A stretch of DNA of 64,000 nucleotides from Candidatus Atelocyanobacterium thalassae (GCA_051971635.1 JBFPLN010000003.1:448001-512000); one strand, 5' to 3'. Counted from the stretch's first letter, positions 10,624-21,875 are shown. Notes: generated from the letters alone by a model not told the origin. Translations and numbers: made by a program.

Positions 10624-11676
10624 ATGATACGTTTACTTATAGCTGCAAGTGGTACCGGAGGTCATGTTATCCCTGCCTTAGCAGTAGCGAAGAAGTTATC
10701 TGATTACGATATTTATTGGCTAGGTACTCCAAACCGTCTAGAACAAAGCCTAGTAAATAATTTATATCCTTTATCCACAGTATCTATTGAAGGATTTCAA
10801 ACTAATTCTATCTTTAAAAATATACAAATTTTATTTAAATTACTTAAATCAGTTTTTCAAATTATAAGATTACTTAAAAAAAAGAAGATTGATATTATTT
10901 TTACAACTGGAGGGTATATTTCTGGTGCTGTTACACTAGCTGCTTGCATATTAAGGGTTCCTGTCATACTACATGAGTCAAACTATATTCCTGGAAAAAC
11001 GACAAGATTACTAAGCTATTTTTGCCACACGACAGCGTTGGGATTTAAAGAAACAGCTAGATATTTACCATGGGCTTCTACTATTTGGTTAGGTACTCCT
11101 GTTAGAGAAGAATTCTATACTACTCAATATTTGGACTTAAATATTCCATTGAAGGCAACTCTCATAGTTATTATTGGTGGATCACAAGGAGCAATCTCAA
11201 TCAATAATTTAGTACGTGAATGTGTCTCAGATTGGATTAACCTAGGCGCATATGTTGTTCACTTAACAGGAAATAATGATTCTAGGATTAATACTATTAA
11301 TCATCCTCAATATATCTCGTTGACTTTTTATAATAATATGGCTGCACTCTTACAAAGAGCAGATTTGGCAATTAGTAGAGCTGGTTCAGGAACATTAACA
11401 GAATTAGCCATTACCAATACTCCTGCCATTTTAATTCCTTATCCTTTTGCTGCAGAAAATCATCAATTTTATAATGCAAAGTTCTTTGTTGATGCTCAGG
11501 CTGCTTATTCTTATCGACAAGAAAAGTTAACACAAGATATCTTAAAAAAAGATGTATTAGATTTGATAAAAGATTCGATAAAGTTAAAAAGAATGGCATA
11601 TGAAATGTCAAAATTAACAACTAAAAATAGTGCACAAAAGTTAGCAAAACTAATAGGTGATAACTTGAAAAATTAA
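10624..11676 (+). CDS. murG: Undecaprenyldiphospho-muramoylpentapeptide GlcNAc transferase
   Basis: ASGTGGH, TTGGY, HESN, GGSQGA, SRAGSGT and HQxxNA motifs. Confidence 0.96.
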   Translation: MIRLLIAASGTGGHVIPALAVAKKLSDYDIYWLGTPNRLEQSLVNNLYPLSTVSIEGFQTNSIFKNIQILFKLLKSVFQIIRLLKKKKIDIIFTTGGYISGAVTLAACILRVPVILHESNYIPGKTTRLLSYFCHTTALGFKETARYLPWASTIWLGTPVREEFYTTQYLDLNIPLKATLIVIIGGSQGAISINNLVRECVSDWINLGAYVVHLTGNNDSRINTINHPQYISLTFYNNMAALLQRADLAISRAGSGTLTELAITNTPAILIPYPFAAENHQFYNAKFFVDAQAAYSYRQEKLTQDILKKDVLDLIKDSIKLKRMAYEMSKLTTKNSAQKLAKLIGDNLKN

Positions 11677-11950
11677 CTGTTAGATTTCTTCTCATCAGTT
11701 ATCTTAATACAAAGTGTATTCTGAACATTAATCTTCTACGCTATTCTCTGCTTTTAATCTGTTAAAAAGAAAATACTTTATAAACTTTCATCTCAATAAA
11801 ATTATTTATATTTATAATTAAGAAATATTGCGAAAAAAAAATAAATAAGTCATAATTGTTCATATAGTACCTACACATATGAGACTCTAGTATTCTTTGT
11901 AATCGAGATTATTCCTATTATTTTTGTTTTAGAGGCATTAGTAAAAATTT

Positions 11951-13633
11951 GTGACTTGGCAAACAGCAAAATTACATAACCTAAATTCAGAGATTAGAAG
12001 ACAAAAAAAATATAATGCTAATGAGATTGCACTGTATTACCGCAGCCGTCCTTGGCAAGTAGTTAAGAGAGCAGTATCTATATTATGGTCTTTTAGCTGG
12101 TTCTTTATCCATATTCAGTGGGATAAGCTAAATAATAGAAAAGATAGTAAAAAAAGGCGTTCTATTGAACTAAGACAAGTTCTTACTAATTTAGGTCCAA
12201 CTTTTATTAAAGTAGGTCAAGCTTTATCTACTCGACCAGATTTAATTCATCCAGACTTTTTAGATGAATTAGTAAAGCTTCAAGACCAATTACCTTCTTT
12301 TGATAATAAAGTAGCTTTTTCAATTATAGAGCATTCGCTAAAAATTAAAATTGATAAAGCTTATAAAGAAATTTCACCAAACCCTGTTGCAGCAGCAAGT
12401 TTAGGACAAGTATATAGAGCTATCTTATATACAGGAGAAGAAGTAGCGGTAAAGGTTCAAAGAGCTAATCTTGAATCTATACTAACTTGCGATCTTTTCT
12501 TAATGCGTTGGATAGCTTCTAAATTATCTAAATTCTTGCCTTTGAATCTAGAACATGATTTGACTTTAATTGTTGATGAGTTTGGAAGCAAACTTCTTGA
12601 AGAAATAGATTATATTAATGAAGGAAAAAATGCCGAAAAATTTGCATCTAATTTTCGGAACGATGCTGATGTAAAAGTTCCTAAAATTTATTGGGCTTTT
12701 AGTAGTGACCGAATATTGACTCTTGAATGGATTCAAGGATATAAATTAACAAATACTGAACAAATAAAGAATGCAGGTTTAGATCCTTACTCTATTATAA
12801 AAATTGGAGTAATATCAGGCTTAAAACAGTTACTAGAACATGGTTTTTTTCATGCAGATCCGCATCCTGGAAATCTATTCGCTACTCATGATGGACGAAT
12901 GGCGTTTATTGATTTTGGGATGATGGATCAGTTAGATAATTCAACAAAAGAAACTATCGCTAACTCAGTTGTTCAACTTATAAATCAAGATTATGATGCT
13001 TTAGCTCAAGATTTTATCAAGCTTGGATTCTTGACTCCAGACACAGATATTAAGCCAATAATACCTGCACTTGAGAAAGTTTTAGATAATGCTATTACAA
13101 AAAACGTTAATGATTTTAATTTTAAAACAATTACTGATGACTTTTCAAAGCTAGTTCATAAGTATCCTTTTCGCCTTCCAGCTAAGTTTGCTTTAATAAT
13201 TAGATCACTAATTACACAAGAAGGATTAGCATTAAGTCTAGATCCAAATTTTAAACTTGTTGAAATTGCTTACCCATACATAGCTAAGCAACTTTTAACA
13301 GGAGAAACTGCTCAATTAAGACGTAGACTATCAGAAATTCTAATAAAAGATAATAAATTTCAATGGAGTAGGCTAGAAAATATGCTTACTATAGCTTCTT
13401 CTGAGGACAAGTTTGATTTATTACCAACTGCACAATTAAGTTTACAATATTTATTGTCGGATGAGGGGCAATACTTACGGCATAAGTTACTATTAGCTTT
13501 AACAGATAATGATGAATTACATATTGAAGAAATTCAAAAAATTTGGACTATTGTAAGTAAAGAATTATATCCACAGCAATTGTTAATTATTTTAGTTAAT
13601 ATACTACAGAAAATCATCACAGTGAGAGTATAG
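11951..13633 (+). CDS. ABC1/AarF/UbiB family atypical kinase
   Basis: LGPTFIKVGQALSTRPD, AAASLGQVY, VAVKVQR, FHADPHPGN and DFGMM motifs. Confidence 0.93.
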   Translation: MTWQTAKLHNLNSEIRRQKKYNANEIALYYRSRPWQVVKRAVSILWSFSWFFIHIQWDKLNNRKDSKKRRSIELRQVLTNLGPTFIKVGQALSTRPDLIHPDFLDELVKLQDQLPSFDNKVAFSIIEHSLKIKIDKAYKEISPNPVAAASLGQVYRAILYTGEEVAVKVQRANLESILTCDLFLMRWIASKLSKFLPLNLEHDLTLIVDEFGSKLLEEIDYINEGKNAEKFASNFRNDADVKVPKIYWAFSSDRILTLEWIQGYKLTNTEQIKNAGLDPYSIIKIGVISGLKQLLEHGFFHADPHPGNLFATHDGRMAFIDFGMMDQLDNSTKETIANSVVQLINQDYDALAQDFIKLGFLTPDTDIKPIIPALEKVLDNAITKNVNDFNFKTITDDFSKLVHKYPFRLPAKFALIIRSLITQEGLALSLDPNFKLVEIAYPYIAKQLLTGETAQLRRRLSEILIKDNKFQWSRLENMLTIASSEDKFDLLPTAQLSLQYLLSDEGQYLRHKLLLALTDNDELHIEEIQKIWTIVSKELYPQQLLIILVNILQKIITVRV

Positions 13634-13875
13634 TTAGTCCTTATAGAGTATATTTTTAATTACTTTTTATACTCTTTTTAGGACAATAAGAATATGGTTC
13701 ATAGTATATTTGTTGTGATTAAAAAAATAAAAACTTATGTTTAAATCCAACTTATTGAAATAAATATTTCTAAAGTAGTTTTTCAGCAATATTATAAATC
13801 AAAATTTTGCTAGAATACTATATGAGATTAATTTTAGAATATCTAACTTAACTTTATAGTTAGAAAGAATCAATA

Positions 13876-14025
13876 ATGAATAAAAGTAAAATATTAGCTA
13901 TTGTTACTGGATTAATTTCCATATTATTAGCGGCGGCTTATCTAATCATAGTTCAGCTGCTAGATTTTCGAGGAGAAATGCTTCCGGCTCCAATTGTTGA
14001 AAGTATTTTAACTTTTCTAAATTAA
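13876..14025 (+). CDS. Small conserved cyanobacterial single-TM protein (49 aa)
   Basis: Not in the ORF track. MNKSKILAIVTGLISILLAAAYLIIVQLLDFRGEMLPAPIVESILTFLN*; the LVQLLDFRGEMxPAP motif is recalled from cyanobacterial small proteins. Confidence 0.8.
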   Translation: MNKSKILAIVTGLISILLAAAYLIIVQLLDFRGEMLPAPIVESILTFLN

Positions 14026-14075
14026 TAGAACTCTAATTAATAAGAAGTAAATCTTTGAATTATTAAGTAATTATA

Positions 14076-17000
14076 GTGATTCCTTTGCAGTTAACGCTTA
14101 AAAACTTTTTAAGTTATCAAAATGTAACTCTTGATTTTCGAGGGTTACATACTGTTTGCATTTGTGGAGCTAATGGAGCAGGCAAGTCGTCTTTGTTAGA
14201 GGCAATAGCTTGGACAGTGTGGGGACAAAGTAGGACAAGTAGTGATGAAGATATTATTCATGTAAGCAAAGATTATGTAAGAACTGATTTCATATTTATT
14301 TGTCATCAACAAGTATATCGTATTATTCGTAGTCGCCAGCGAAACCGCTCTAATTCTTTAGATTTTCAAATAAAGAGTTCTGAAGGATTCAGAGCTTTAA
14401 GTAGAAAAGGAATCAAAGCAACTCAGGACATTATTACTTCTACCTTAAAATTAGATTATGAGACTTTTATTAATTCTGCCTACTTAAGACAAGGAAGAGC
14501 AGATGAATTTATGTTACGTCGCCCTACAGAAAGGAAAAAAGTTCTCGCAGACTTATTAAAACTTGATCATTACGAAAATTTGTCGATCAAAGCTAGAGAA
14601 ATAGCGCGACAATATAAAGGAAAAGCTGAACAAATAAAATTAAATCTTGCAGCTAATAAAACGAAGTTAATTCAAGAAAAAAGTATTAAGATTCAGAAAC
14701 GTACTATCCAAGAAGATATTGAAGTATTAAAAGTTTTACAGAATAAAAACGAGCAAGCATTCCAAGTTATCAAACAAGAAAATATTAATCGTAAAAGCTC
14801 ATTAGAGAAATTACTTTGGAATAGAGAACGTTGTAAGAACTTAGAAGAGGAGATATCTAAATCAAAAAGAGAGAAAAAAGAGCTAAAACAAAAAATCTAT
14901 AATCATGGAAAACTAATTAATCAGGGAGAGATAGTTTCTAGGAAATATAAAAAATTTCTTTTCCTACGTAAGGAAGAAGAGAAATTAGTTCATAAATTCA
15001 AAAAATTTCAAGAATTTAATAAAGAAAAACAAGAATTAGAAGATCTTTTTTTAGATAAAAACAATCAGTTACAATTAAGAATTAATCAGCAAAAAATTTA
15101 CTTAGAACAATTAGAAAAAGAAGAAAAAGAATTACAAGAGAAAATAAATGATACTAAAGATTTAAAGTCAGCTTTAAAAATACTTAATTTCTATAGCCAG
15201 GAATTAAAAAAATTAGATAAATTACAATATGAAGTTTCTCCATTATTAAAAAAAAGACAGGAACTAATACATCAGACCTTAAAAGTTAAGATAGATTACA
15301 AATCAAAATTAGAACAAATAAATATTTTAGAGAGTAACTACATAGCAGAATTAGTTATTGTTCCTCACAAAAGAAAAATATTATGTAATTTGAATAGTAA
15401 AATCGATGATTTTGAAAATGAAAAAATTTATCATAAACAAATAAGAAATAAAATTCAAGAAAAGAAAATTGCTCAAGGTAAATTATTTGTCGATCAGCAA
15501 AATAATATAAAAGAGATAGATAAGTCGCGACAAAAAATACGTGACTTAAATATTAGTCACTCTAGTTGTCCTCTATGTGAGCAAAAGTTAAATAAGATAC
15601 GTCGTCATGATGTTATTGAAAAAATAAGAAAACAATATAAGGATATTAAAAAGCAAATATATAAAACACAAGAAAAAATCAATATACTTAAACAAAATAC
15701 CAATTTATTTATATTAAAAGATAAATCTTTAACAGAAAAATTAGAGTACTCAAAAAAAATACAACAAAGATTTTATCAAATTGAAATGCACTTGAATAAG
15801 TCAGCAGAAATAGAAGATAAATTAAAATCTATCTTAAAGGAGAAAATAAAAATCGAAAAATTAATCAAAACTGAATCTTTTGATTCGATTTCGCAAGATA
15901 GTTTAAAGAGCATTGAAATAAGATTAAAAAAACTAAATTATACAGAAAAAAATCATACCTTAGTAAGGAGTAGAGTTGATAGATGGCGTTGGGCTGAAAT
16001 TGAAAACTCTAAGGTTAATGACTTACTGTATAGACAAAAACAAATTTTTGAGCAGAAATATAATTTAATACAAAAAATTAATCAACTAATAAAACAAAAA
16101 AATAGGCTAGATAATATTTCAAACCTAAAAGAAAAAATTGATAGAATTGAAAAAAAAATAAAGATTTTGAATTATGATAAATCTGCTCATGAACTAATTT
16201 CTAGTTATATTCGTAGTTCTCAAAATTATATTATTGATTATGAAAAATTACAAAATGCAAGAAAATCTTATTCTCTATTACAACAATATTTAAAATTTGC
16301 AGAAGACAGACTAAAAAATAGCTACGAAGAACAAAATATTGCTATGAAAATCGAAAACCAGTTATCTGAGAGACTAACTGTTACTAAAAACTATGATCAA
16401 GAAATAACTGAAATTCCTAAAATTCTTAAAATACAAAGACAAAATTTAGATCAACTATTTGGACAGCAGGGTAGATCTGAACAAGCAGTATCTGAATTTA
16501 AAATATTGCAAAATGAAAGACGAGGATTACAAGTATTGCATGATAATACTTGTAAACAGTATCGTATATATTCAGAGTTAACCAAAGCCTTCAGTAAAAA
16601 TGGCATTCAATTATTGATGATTGAGAATGTTTTGCCTCAACTAGAAGCAGAGACAAACAAAATACTTACGCGCTTAACAGGAAACAAGCTGCATATCCAA
16701 TTTATTACTCAAAAATTAGGGAAAGGTGCAACTACTCGTAAAAAATCTACAAAGCTAATTGATACATTAGATATAATAATTGCTGATATAGATGGTACTC
16801 GTATATATGAAACATATTCAGGAGGAGAAGCTTTTAGAATAAATTTTTCTGTACGTTTAGCTTTGGCTAAATTACTAGCACAAAGATCAGGAGCATCATT
16901 GGAGACTCTAATAATTGATGAGGGCTTCGGTACTCAAGACGCTGAAGGCTGTGAGCGTCTAATTGCAGCAATTAATAGCATAGCCCCTGATTTTTCTTGT

Positions 17001-17102
17001 ATATTAATAGTTACACATATGCCTCAGTTTCAAGAAGCTTTTCAACACCGTATAGAAATTAGTAAGACTAATCAGGGTTCACAAATAAGCATTATAAATT
17101 AG
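14076..17102 (+). CDS. sbcC: SbcC (Rad50-like SMC ATPase)
   Basis: Walker A GANGAGKS, YLRQG Q-loop, central CPLC zinc hook, YSGGE signature, IIDEGFGTQD Walker B/D-loop. Confidence 0.95.
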   Translation: MIPLQLTLKNFLSYQNVTLDFRGLHTVCICGANGAGKSSLLEAIAWTVWGQSRTSSDEDIIHVSKDYVRTDFIFICHQQVYRIIRSRQRNRSNSLDFQIKSSEGFRALSRKGIKATQDIITSTLKLDYETFINSAYLRQGRADEFMLRRPTERKKVLADLLKLDHYENLSIKAREIARQYKGKAEQIKLNLAANKTKLIQEKSIKIQKRTIQEDIEVLKVLQNKNEQAFQVIKQENINRKSSLEKLLWNRERCKNLEEEISKSKREKKELKQKIYNHGKLINQGEIVSRKYKKFLFLRKEEEKLVHKFKKFQEFNKEKQELEDLFLDKNNQLQLRINQQKIYLEQLEKEEKELQEKINDTKDLKSALKILNFYSQELKKLDKLQYEVSPLLKKRQELIHQTLKVKIDYKSKLEQINILESNYIAELVIVPHKRKILCNLNSKIDDFENEKIYHKQIRNKIQEKKIAQGKLFVDQQNNIKEIDKSRQKIRDLNISHSSCPLCEQKLNKIRRHDVIEKIRKQYKDIKKQIYKTQEKINILKQNTNLFILKDKSLTEKLEYSKKIQQRFYQIEMHLNKSAEIEDKLKSILKEKIKIEKLIKTESFDSISQDSLKSIEIRLKKLNYTEKNHTLVRSRVDRWRWAEIENSKVNDLLYRQKQIFEQKYNLIQKINQLIKQKNRLDNISNLKEKIDRIEKKIKILNYDKSAHELISSYIRSSQNYIIDYEKLQNARKSYSLLQQYLKFAEDRLKNSYEEQNIAMKIENQLSERLTVTKNYDQEITEIPKILKIQRQNLDQLFGQQGRSEQAVSEFKILQNERRGLQVLHDNTCKQYRIYSELTKAFSKNGIQLLMIENVLPQLEAETNKILTRLTGNKLHIQFITQKLGKGATTRKKSTKLIDTLDIIIADIDGTRIYETYSGGEAFRINFSVRLALAKLLAQRSGASLETLIIDEGFGTQDAEGCERLIAAINSIAPDFSCILIVTHMPQFQEAFQHRIEISKTNQGSQISIIN

Positions 17103-17245
17103 TAATATTCCATGCGATTTTCTATGTTTCATACTTAATTTATATATAAAAATATATTTAAATACTTTAAGATGAAATATCAGTTTATGTTCACAGAATA
17201 ACAACAAACTCCTATAAACAAAATTCTTTAAAAGGAAAAGAAATA

Positions 17246-18577
17246 TTAAAAGTAGTTAGAGTTTGCTTGCATATTTAAAAATTTAGTTAACTCTGCTTGA
17301 AAAAGTAGCTTTACAGTCCCTGTAGGTCCATTACGATGCTTTGTTAAAATGATTTCAGTAATTCCTTTATCTATAGTTTCAGGGTTGTAATATTCATCCC
17401 GATATAACATCATAATTAGATCAGCATCTTGTTCAATAGAACCACTTTCTCGCAAATCGGACATCATAGGGCGCTTATTATTTCTGGCTTCGACTGCTCT
17501 GCTTAGCTGCGATAGCGCAATAACAGGAGCTTTTATTTCACGTGCTAAACCTTTTAGAGAACGTGTCATTTTTGATAATTCTTGAACTCGGTTATCTTTT
17601 TCCGCACCTTCCATCAATTGTAAATAATCAATTAAGACTAATCCGAAATCTCCTTTTCTTTCTGCTAATAGTCTACGCACTTGAGAACGTACTTGCATAA
17701 CTGTAATATTTGCAGAATCATCAATATAAATTGGTAAATTGGATAAAGTACCAATTGCAGTACTAATCCTACTGTAATCATCTTGGACAAATCTTCCTGA
17801 ACGTAGGCGGTTACTTTCAATTTCTGCCTCTGATGCTAATAACCGCATAGAAAGTTGTTCTTTTGACATTTCTAAACTAAATATAGCTACTGGTAAATTA
17901 AAATTTTTAGCGATATGTGCTGCTAATCCTAATCCAAAAGCAGTCTTTCCCATAGATGGCCTTCCAGCAATGATAATTAAATCTGAACGTTGTAGCCCTC
18001 CGGTCATAGCATCTAAATCATAAAACCCTGTTTCTATTCCAGGAATGGTAGTTTGATCATGTAATTTTTCTAATTCATTAAAAGTTTGAATAATTGTGTC
18101 TGAAATTGGAACTAATCCTCCTTGCGGCCTTTTCTGAGTCAAGCCAAATATTTTTTTTTCTGACTCATCTAGGACAATTTCTAAATCCCTAGTTGCTTCA
18201 AATCCCAAAGCAACAATTTCGTGCCCAGAAGTAATTAATTGACGACGTAAATACTTGTCCACAATTAAGGCTGCATAGCGATCAATATTGACAGCCGAAA
18301 CTGTTCTATCAATTAATTGAGATAGCTTATCTATTCCTCCAACTTTTTCTAGTGATGAATGATCTTCTAAAACACTCTTGACTGTTAAAAAATCGGTAGG
18401 CTTCCCTTGACTGTGTAATTTTAATGCAGCCTCATAGATTTCTTGATGTGATCTTACATAAAATGATTCTGGAGTTATTAAATCTACCACTCTTCCCATC
18501 GCTTCAGGATCGAGTAAGATTCCGCCTAGAATAGACTCTTCAGCTTCAATATTTTGAGGAGGAATATTATTAATCAT
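17246..18577 (-). CDS. dnaB: Replicative DNA helicase, intein-free
   Basis: PPQNIEAEESILG, AGRPSMGKT, IDYLQLM and contiguous DLRESGSIEQDAD; ATG 18577 preferred over TTG 18586. Confidence 0.97.
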   Translation of the reverse strand: MINNIPPQNIEAEESILGGILLDPEAMGRVVDLITPESFYVRSHQEIYEAALKLHSQGKPTDFLTVKSVLEDHSSLEKVGGIDKLSQLIDRTVSAVNIDRYAALIVDKYLRRQLITSGHEIVALGFEATRDLEIVLDESEKKIFGLTQKRPQGGLVPISDTIIQTFNELEKLHDQTTIPGIETGFYDLDAMTGGLQRSDLIIIAGRPSMGKTAFGLGLAAHIAKNFNLPVAIFSLEMSKEQLSMRLLASEAEIESNRLRSGRFVQDDYSRISTAIGTLSNLPIYIDDSANITVMQVRSQVRRLLAERKGDFGLVLIDYLQLMEGAEKDNRVQELSKMTRSLKGLAREIKAPVIALSQLSRAVEARNNKRPMMSDLRESGSIEQDADLIMMLYRDEYYNPETIDKGITEIILTKHRNGPTGTVKLLFQAELTKFLNMQANSNYF

Positions 18578-19032
18578 AATGAACAAAAATATGAGCGAAT
18601 TAATTTTACTGTAATTTAGTTACTTATATATAAAACTCAATTAATCAAACTGTATGAATAAAAAAACTAGGTTAATATAGTCTAAATATGGCCTTAATTT
18701 ACCACCAATCTAACTAACTTAGTAGGAGCAAAATTGTAAACAACATTTTAATAATTTTCTAGGAGAAGAAAAAGGTTGTGGAAGCTTTTTAATTTAACAA
18801 AACCCTACAAACTTTTAGATATAGGCTTTCATACTGTTTATAAATTTATCACCTAGAAAAATAAAGATTCGAAAAAAAGTGAAGAACTTCGTATAGTTAC
18901 TACATCAATTACTAGATAAAAGCTTTACTAGACTTTTTAAATATATCTCAAATGATGGCGACATGTCATTGTACAATACAGTTAAGTTTAATGATATATA
19001 TAAGTAATAGTTAAACCAGAGTTTTTCTTATC

Positions 19033-20967
19033 TCATTTAGATTGATTTATTTCTAATAATAAATTACGAATCAAACGGGCCATAATTTTCTGTGTTAGGC
19101 CATCAAAGATTTTTATCCCCATTCGTTGAGTTTCTTTTTTTGCCGCTAATTTAAGCAATAAAGAAGATAAGTGTATAGGCTTAAAATCTGGTAAGTCATT
19201 TAAAATTGTTAAAACATTTTTTAGATGTTTTAAGCTACTATCTTCTTTTGGTTCCCTAATACTATTTTGTCTAGTCAAACCTATCTGTTTTCTAATGATC
19301 ATAGATAGTTCAAACCAAGTTTGACGACTAAGAATATCGACAGAATCAATAATTTCGTGAATTAACTGTTCTCGAATAAATTCTCCTTGTGGAGAAAAAA
19401 TAAAATCTGTAATTTGGTCAAATACTATTTCAATGTCATAACTCTGAAAATTTTGTGCATTTACCATTAAACTTTCTAATCTATTCCAACGCAAATTTCC
19501 TTCCTTAAATAATAAGTCCTTTAGAGATGTCCTTAATTCAGGCGAAGAATCGGTTAGTAGACGCTTAGCAACATATGAATATGCTTTGCTTAACACTTTG
19601 AAGTTAGGATCAATTCCAATCGCAATACCTTCTAGAGTCACCATTGATCTTAAAATTAATGCATAATAAGCAGGAACCTTAAAAGGAAAATCATACATTA
19701 TGCTTGACATTTGATCAGTAATATTTTTGAAGTTCAGTTCAGCTACACTTGATCCTAAAGCATTATTAAAGATTTCTTTTAGAGCAACTGTAATTGGGGT
19801 TAAATCTGTTCCAGGTTCTAAAAATCCTAACTTTACGTAGTCATAAGCTAGAGCATCAAAATCTCTATTTACTAAGTGAACAACTGCTTCTATAAAACCA
19901 TATCTTTGATAGCTTTCAATACGACTCATCATTCCAAAATCGAGATAGGCTAACCTACCATCTTTCATAGCTAACAAATTACCAGGATGAGGATCTGCAT
20001 GAAAAAGACCATACTCGAGTAATTGACATAAAGAGCAATGAACTCCTATTTCTACTAAATGTGTTGCCTTAATTCCTTGAGCCTGAATTTCCTCTATATT
20101 AGTTAGCTTCGTACCCTCAATCCACTCCATTGTCAATACTCTTCTAGCTGTACATTCCCAATAGATTTTAGGAACATAAATCTCTGGCAAATGACTATAA
20201 TGCTTAGCAAATTCTTCAGCGTTATTTCCTTCCTTAACATAATCAATTTCCTCAAAGATTCGTTCAGCCAACTCATCTGTAATAGCTACCAAGTCAGAAT
20301 GAATAAAAGAAAAGCTATTCTGTAGCCAGTGAGAAATATGTCGAAGAATATAAATATCGAGTGTAATACATCGGAGTAAACCAGGTCTCTGTACTTTTAT
20401 TGCGACCTGTTCTCCTGTTTTTAGTGTTCCCTTATATACTTGTCCTAATGAAGCTGCAGCAACAGGTTCTTCTGATAATTCTTTATAGATTGACTGAGCA
20501 CTATGACCTAATTCTTCTTGTATAAAGCGATAAGCTATTTCATTGGGAAAAGATGGTAGTTTATCTTGTAAATAAGTTAATTCATTTAAGTAGACCGGAG
20601 GAACTAAATCAGGTCGAGTAGATAGAGCTTGCCCAATTTTAATATAAGTTGGTCCTAGTTCAGTTAAAATTTGCCTTAAATGAATTGCTTGATTGATATC
20701 TTCTTTAATATTCTTACCTACTAATCTACCCCACCATAATTTAAAAATAAAAGAAAAAAAGGAAGAGAAGATACGAACTAAACGATTAGCTACCTTAAAG
20801 ATGTGTTTGCGATAATAATTATTAATTGCATCTGGACTATATTGATAGTTTTTTTCGATACAGTTATCTAAATTTTCTGTATTTTTATTAAAAGGATTGT
20901 TAGGGTTTATATTTATGTTGGCTGTATTAAAATTCAAGTTCTCTAGAAAAAGAATTGAATGAGGCAT
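19033..20967 (-). CDS. Second ABC1/AarF/UbiB family atypical kinase
   Basis: LGPTYIKIGQALSTRPD, AAASLGQVY, FHADPHPGN and LDFGMM motifs. Confidence 0.93.
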   Translation of the reverse strand: MPHSILFLENLNFNTANININPNNPFNKNTENLDNCIEKNYQYSPDAINNYYRKHIFKVANRLVRIFSSFFSFIFKLWWGRLVGKNIKEDINQAIHLRQILTELGPTYIKIGQALSTRPDLVPPVYLNELTYLQDKLPSFPNEIAYRFIQEELGHSAQSIYKELSEEPVAAASLGQVYKGTLKTGEQVAIKVQRPGLLRCITLDIYILRHISHWLQNSFSFIHSDLVAITDELAERIFEEIDYVKEGNNAEEFAKHYSHLPEIYVPKIYWECTARRVLTMEWIEGTKLTNIEEIQAQGIKATHLVEIGVHCSLCQLLEYGLFHADPHPGNLLAMKDGRLAYLDFGMMSRIESYQRYGFIEAVVHLVNRDFDALAYDYVKLGFLEPGTDLTPITVALKEIFNNALGSSVAELNFKNITDQMSSIMYDFPFKVPAYYALILRSMVTLEGIAIGIDPNFKVLSKAYSYVAKRLLTDSSPELRTSLKDLLFKEGNLRWNRLESLMVNAQNFQSYDIEIVFDQITDFIFSPQGEFIREQLIHEIIDSVDILSRQTWFELSMIIRKQIGLTRQNSIREPKEDSSLKHLKNVLTILNDLPDFKPIHLSSLLLKLAAKKETQRMGIKIFDGLTQKIMARLIRNLLLEINQSK

Positions 20968-20998
20968 AAGATCTATCTCACGAGATTAGAGGAATCAT

Positions 20999-21016
20999 TA
21001 CGTAAATTATTGTAAC
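20999..21016 (-). promoter_or_regulatory. Putative HLR1 (RpaB-binding) site
   Basis: Minus strand GTTACAAT-AA-TTTACGTA has one mismatch to (G/T)TTACAWW-N2-(G/T)TTACAWW; about 30 nt upstream of the ABC1 kinase start. Confidence 0.5.
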
Positions 21017-21352
21017 AACTTTTGTTTATCAATTAAAACTATTAACAAAGTTTAAACTGTTAAGCCCATATAGATAATCGAGAATATAGTTCATTGTTAC
21101 TTAAGTCGACATACATTTTCTTTTTATAACTAAATGCTACTGTTATCAGCAATGTAAGAATTATTTTCTACATTATAGAAAATAGATATACTCTATAGTT
21201 TTTTGATATTTACTAAAATTATTTACTCATACACTGCAGAATAGTGTTAAATAAGTAAAATTATTCTTTGAAGTGTTTTGCAAGAATAATTCTTACGATT
21301 TTTCCTCAAAATTGTTTTAATAATAAACAAAAGACATTACAACAAATAAAAA

Positions 21353-21856
21353 ATGTTCAAGCAAATATTTTTACAAAAAAAAGTTGCCTCAATTACTTGT
21401 ATAGTATTCTTACAAGTATTCAGCCTGAAGTACTCGCTGAATATACTTGCTCAACCTTCCTCTCCTTTGAACACTTCTAACGTTAATATAGTTGGAGATA
21501 GTCAATTAGAAAAGTTTGCTAAAGCTGTAAAAAATTTACAAATAATTGATAGACTGACACAATCAGAGATGCTTAAAACTATAGAAACCATAGAAATGTC
21601 TCCGGAAGAATTCATGAGAGTCGGTCAGCAAAAAAAAGATAAGCGTAACCTTGATGTAGAGAAACAAGTTAAATTTGAGGAAACTCTCGATATTGTTAAG
21701 AAAATTAATGAGAAAGATCGTTTAAGGAAACGAGAGGCTATAAAAAATGAAGGATTAGAAGTTTCTCAATTTAATAAGATTGGAAAAATAGTTGAGCAAG
21801 ATCTGGAATTGCAAAAAAAAGTTGTGAAGCTTCTGAACAACTCAAGTCTTCCTTAA
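21353..21856 (+). CDS. DUF4168-like exported protein
   Basis: Signal peptide; two repeats of ELxxFAxAxxx...GL/MxxxxFxxI; ends QDxELQxKV. Confidence 0.7.
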   Translation: MFKQIFLQKKVASITCIVFLQVFSLKYSLNILAQPSSPLNTSNVNIVGDSQLEKFAKAVKNLQIIDRLTQSEMLKTIETIEMSPEEFMRVGQQKKDKRNLDVEKQVKFEETLDIVKKINEKDRLRKREAIKNEGLEVSQFNKIGKIVEQDLELQKKVVKLLNNSSLP

Positions 21857-21875
21857 CTATATTCAATTAAAATTA

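Noticed and set aside
14076..17102. SMC-like ORF as part of a defence system (Wadjet, Lamassu)
   Set aside because: It has a Rad50-type zinc hook and SbcC motifs, and no effector or partner genes are adjacent
17420..17460. Possible DnaB intein
   Set aside because: The known insertion site RESG/SIEQ is contiguous and the protein has normal length
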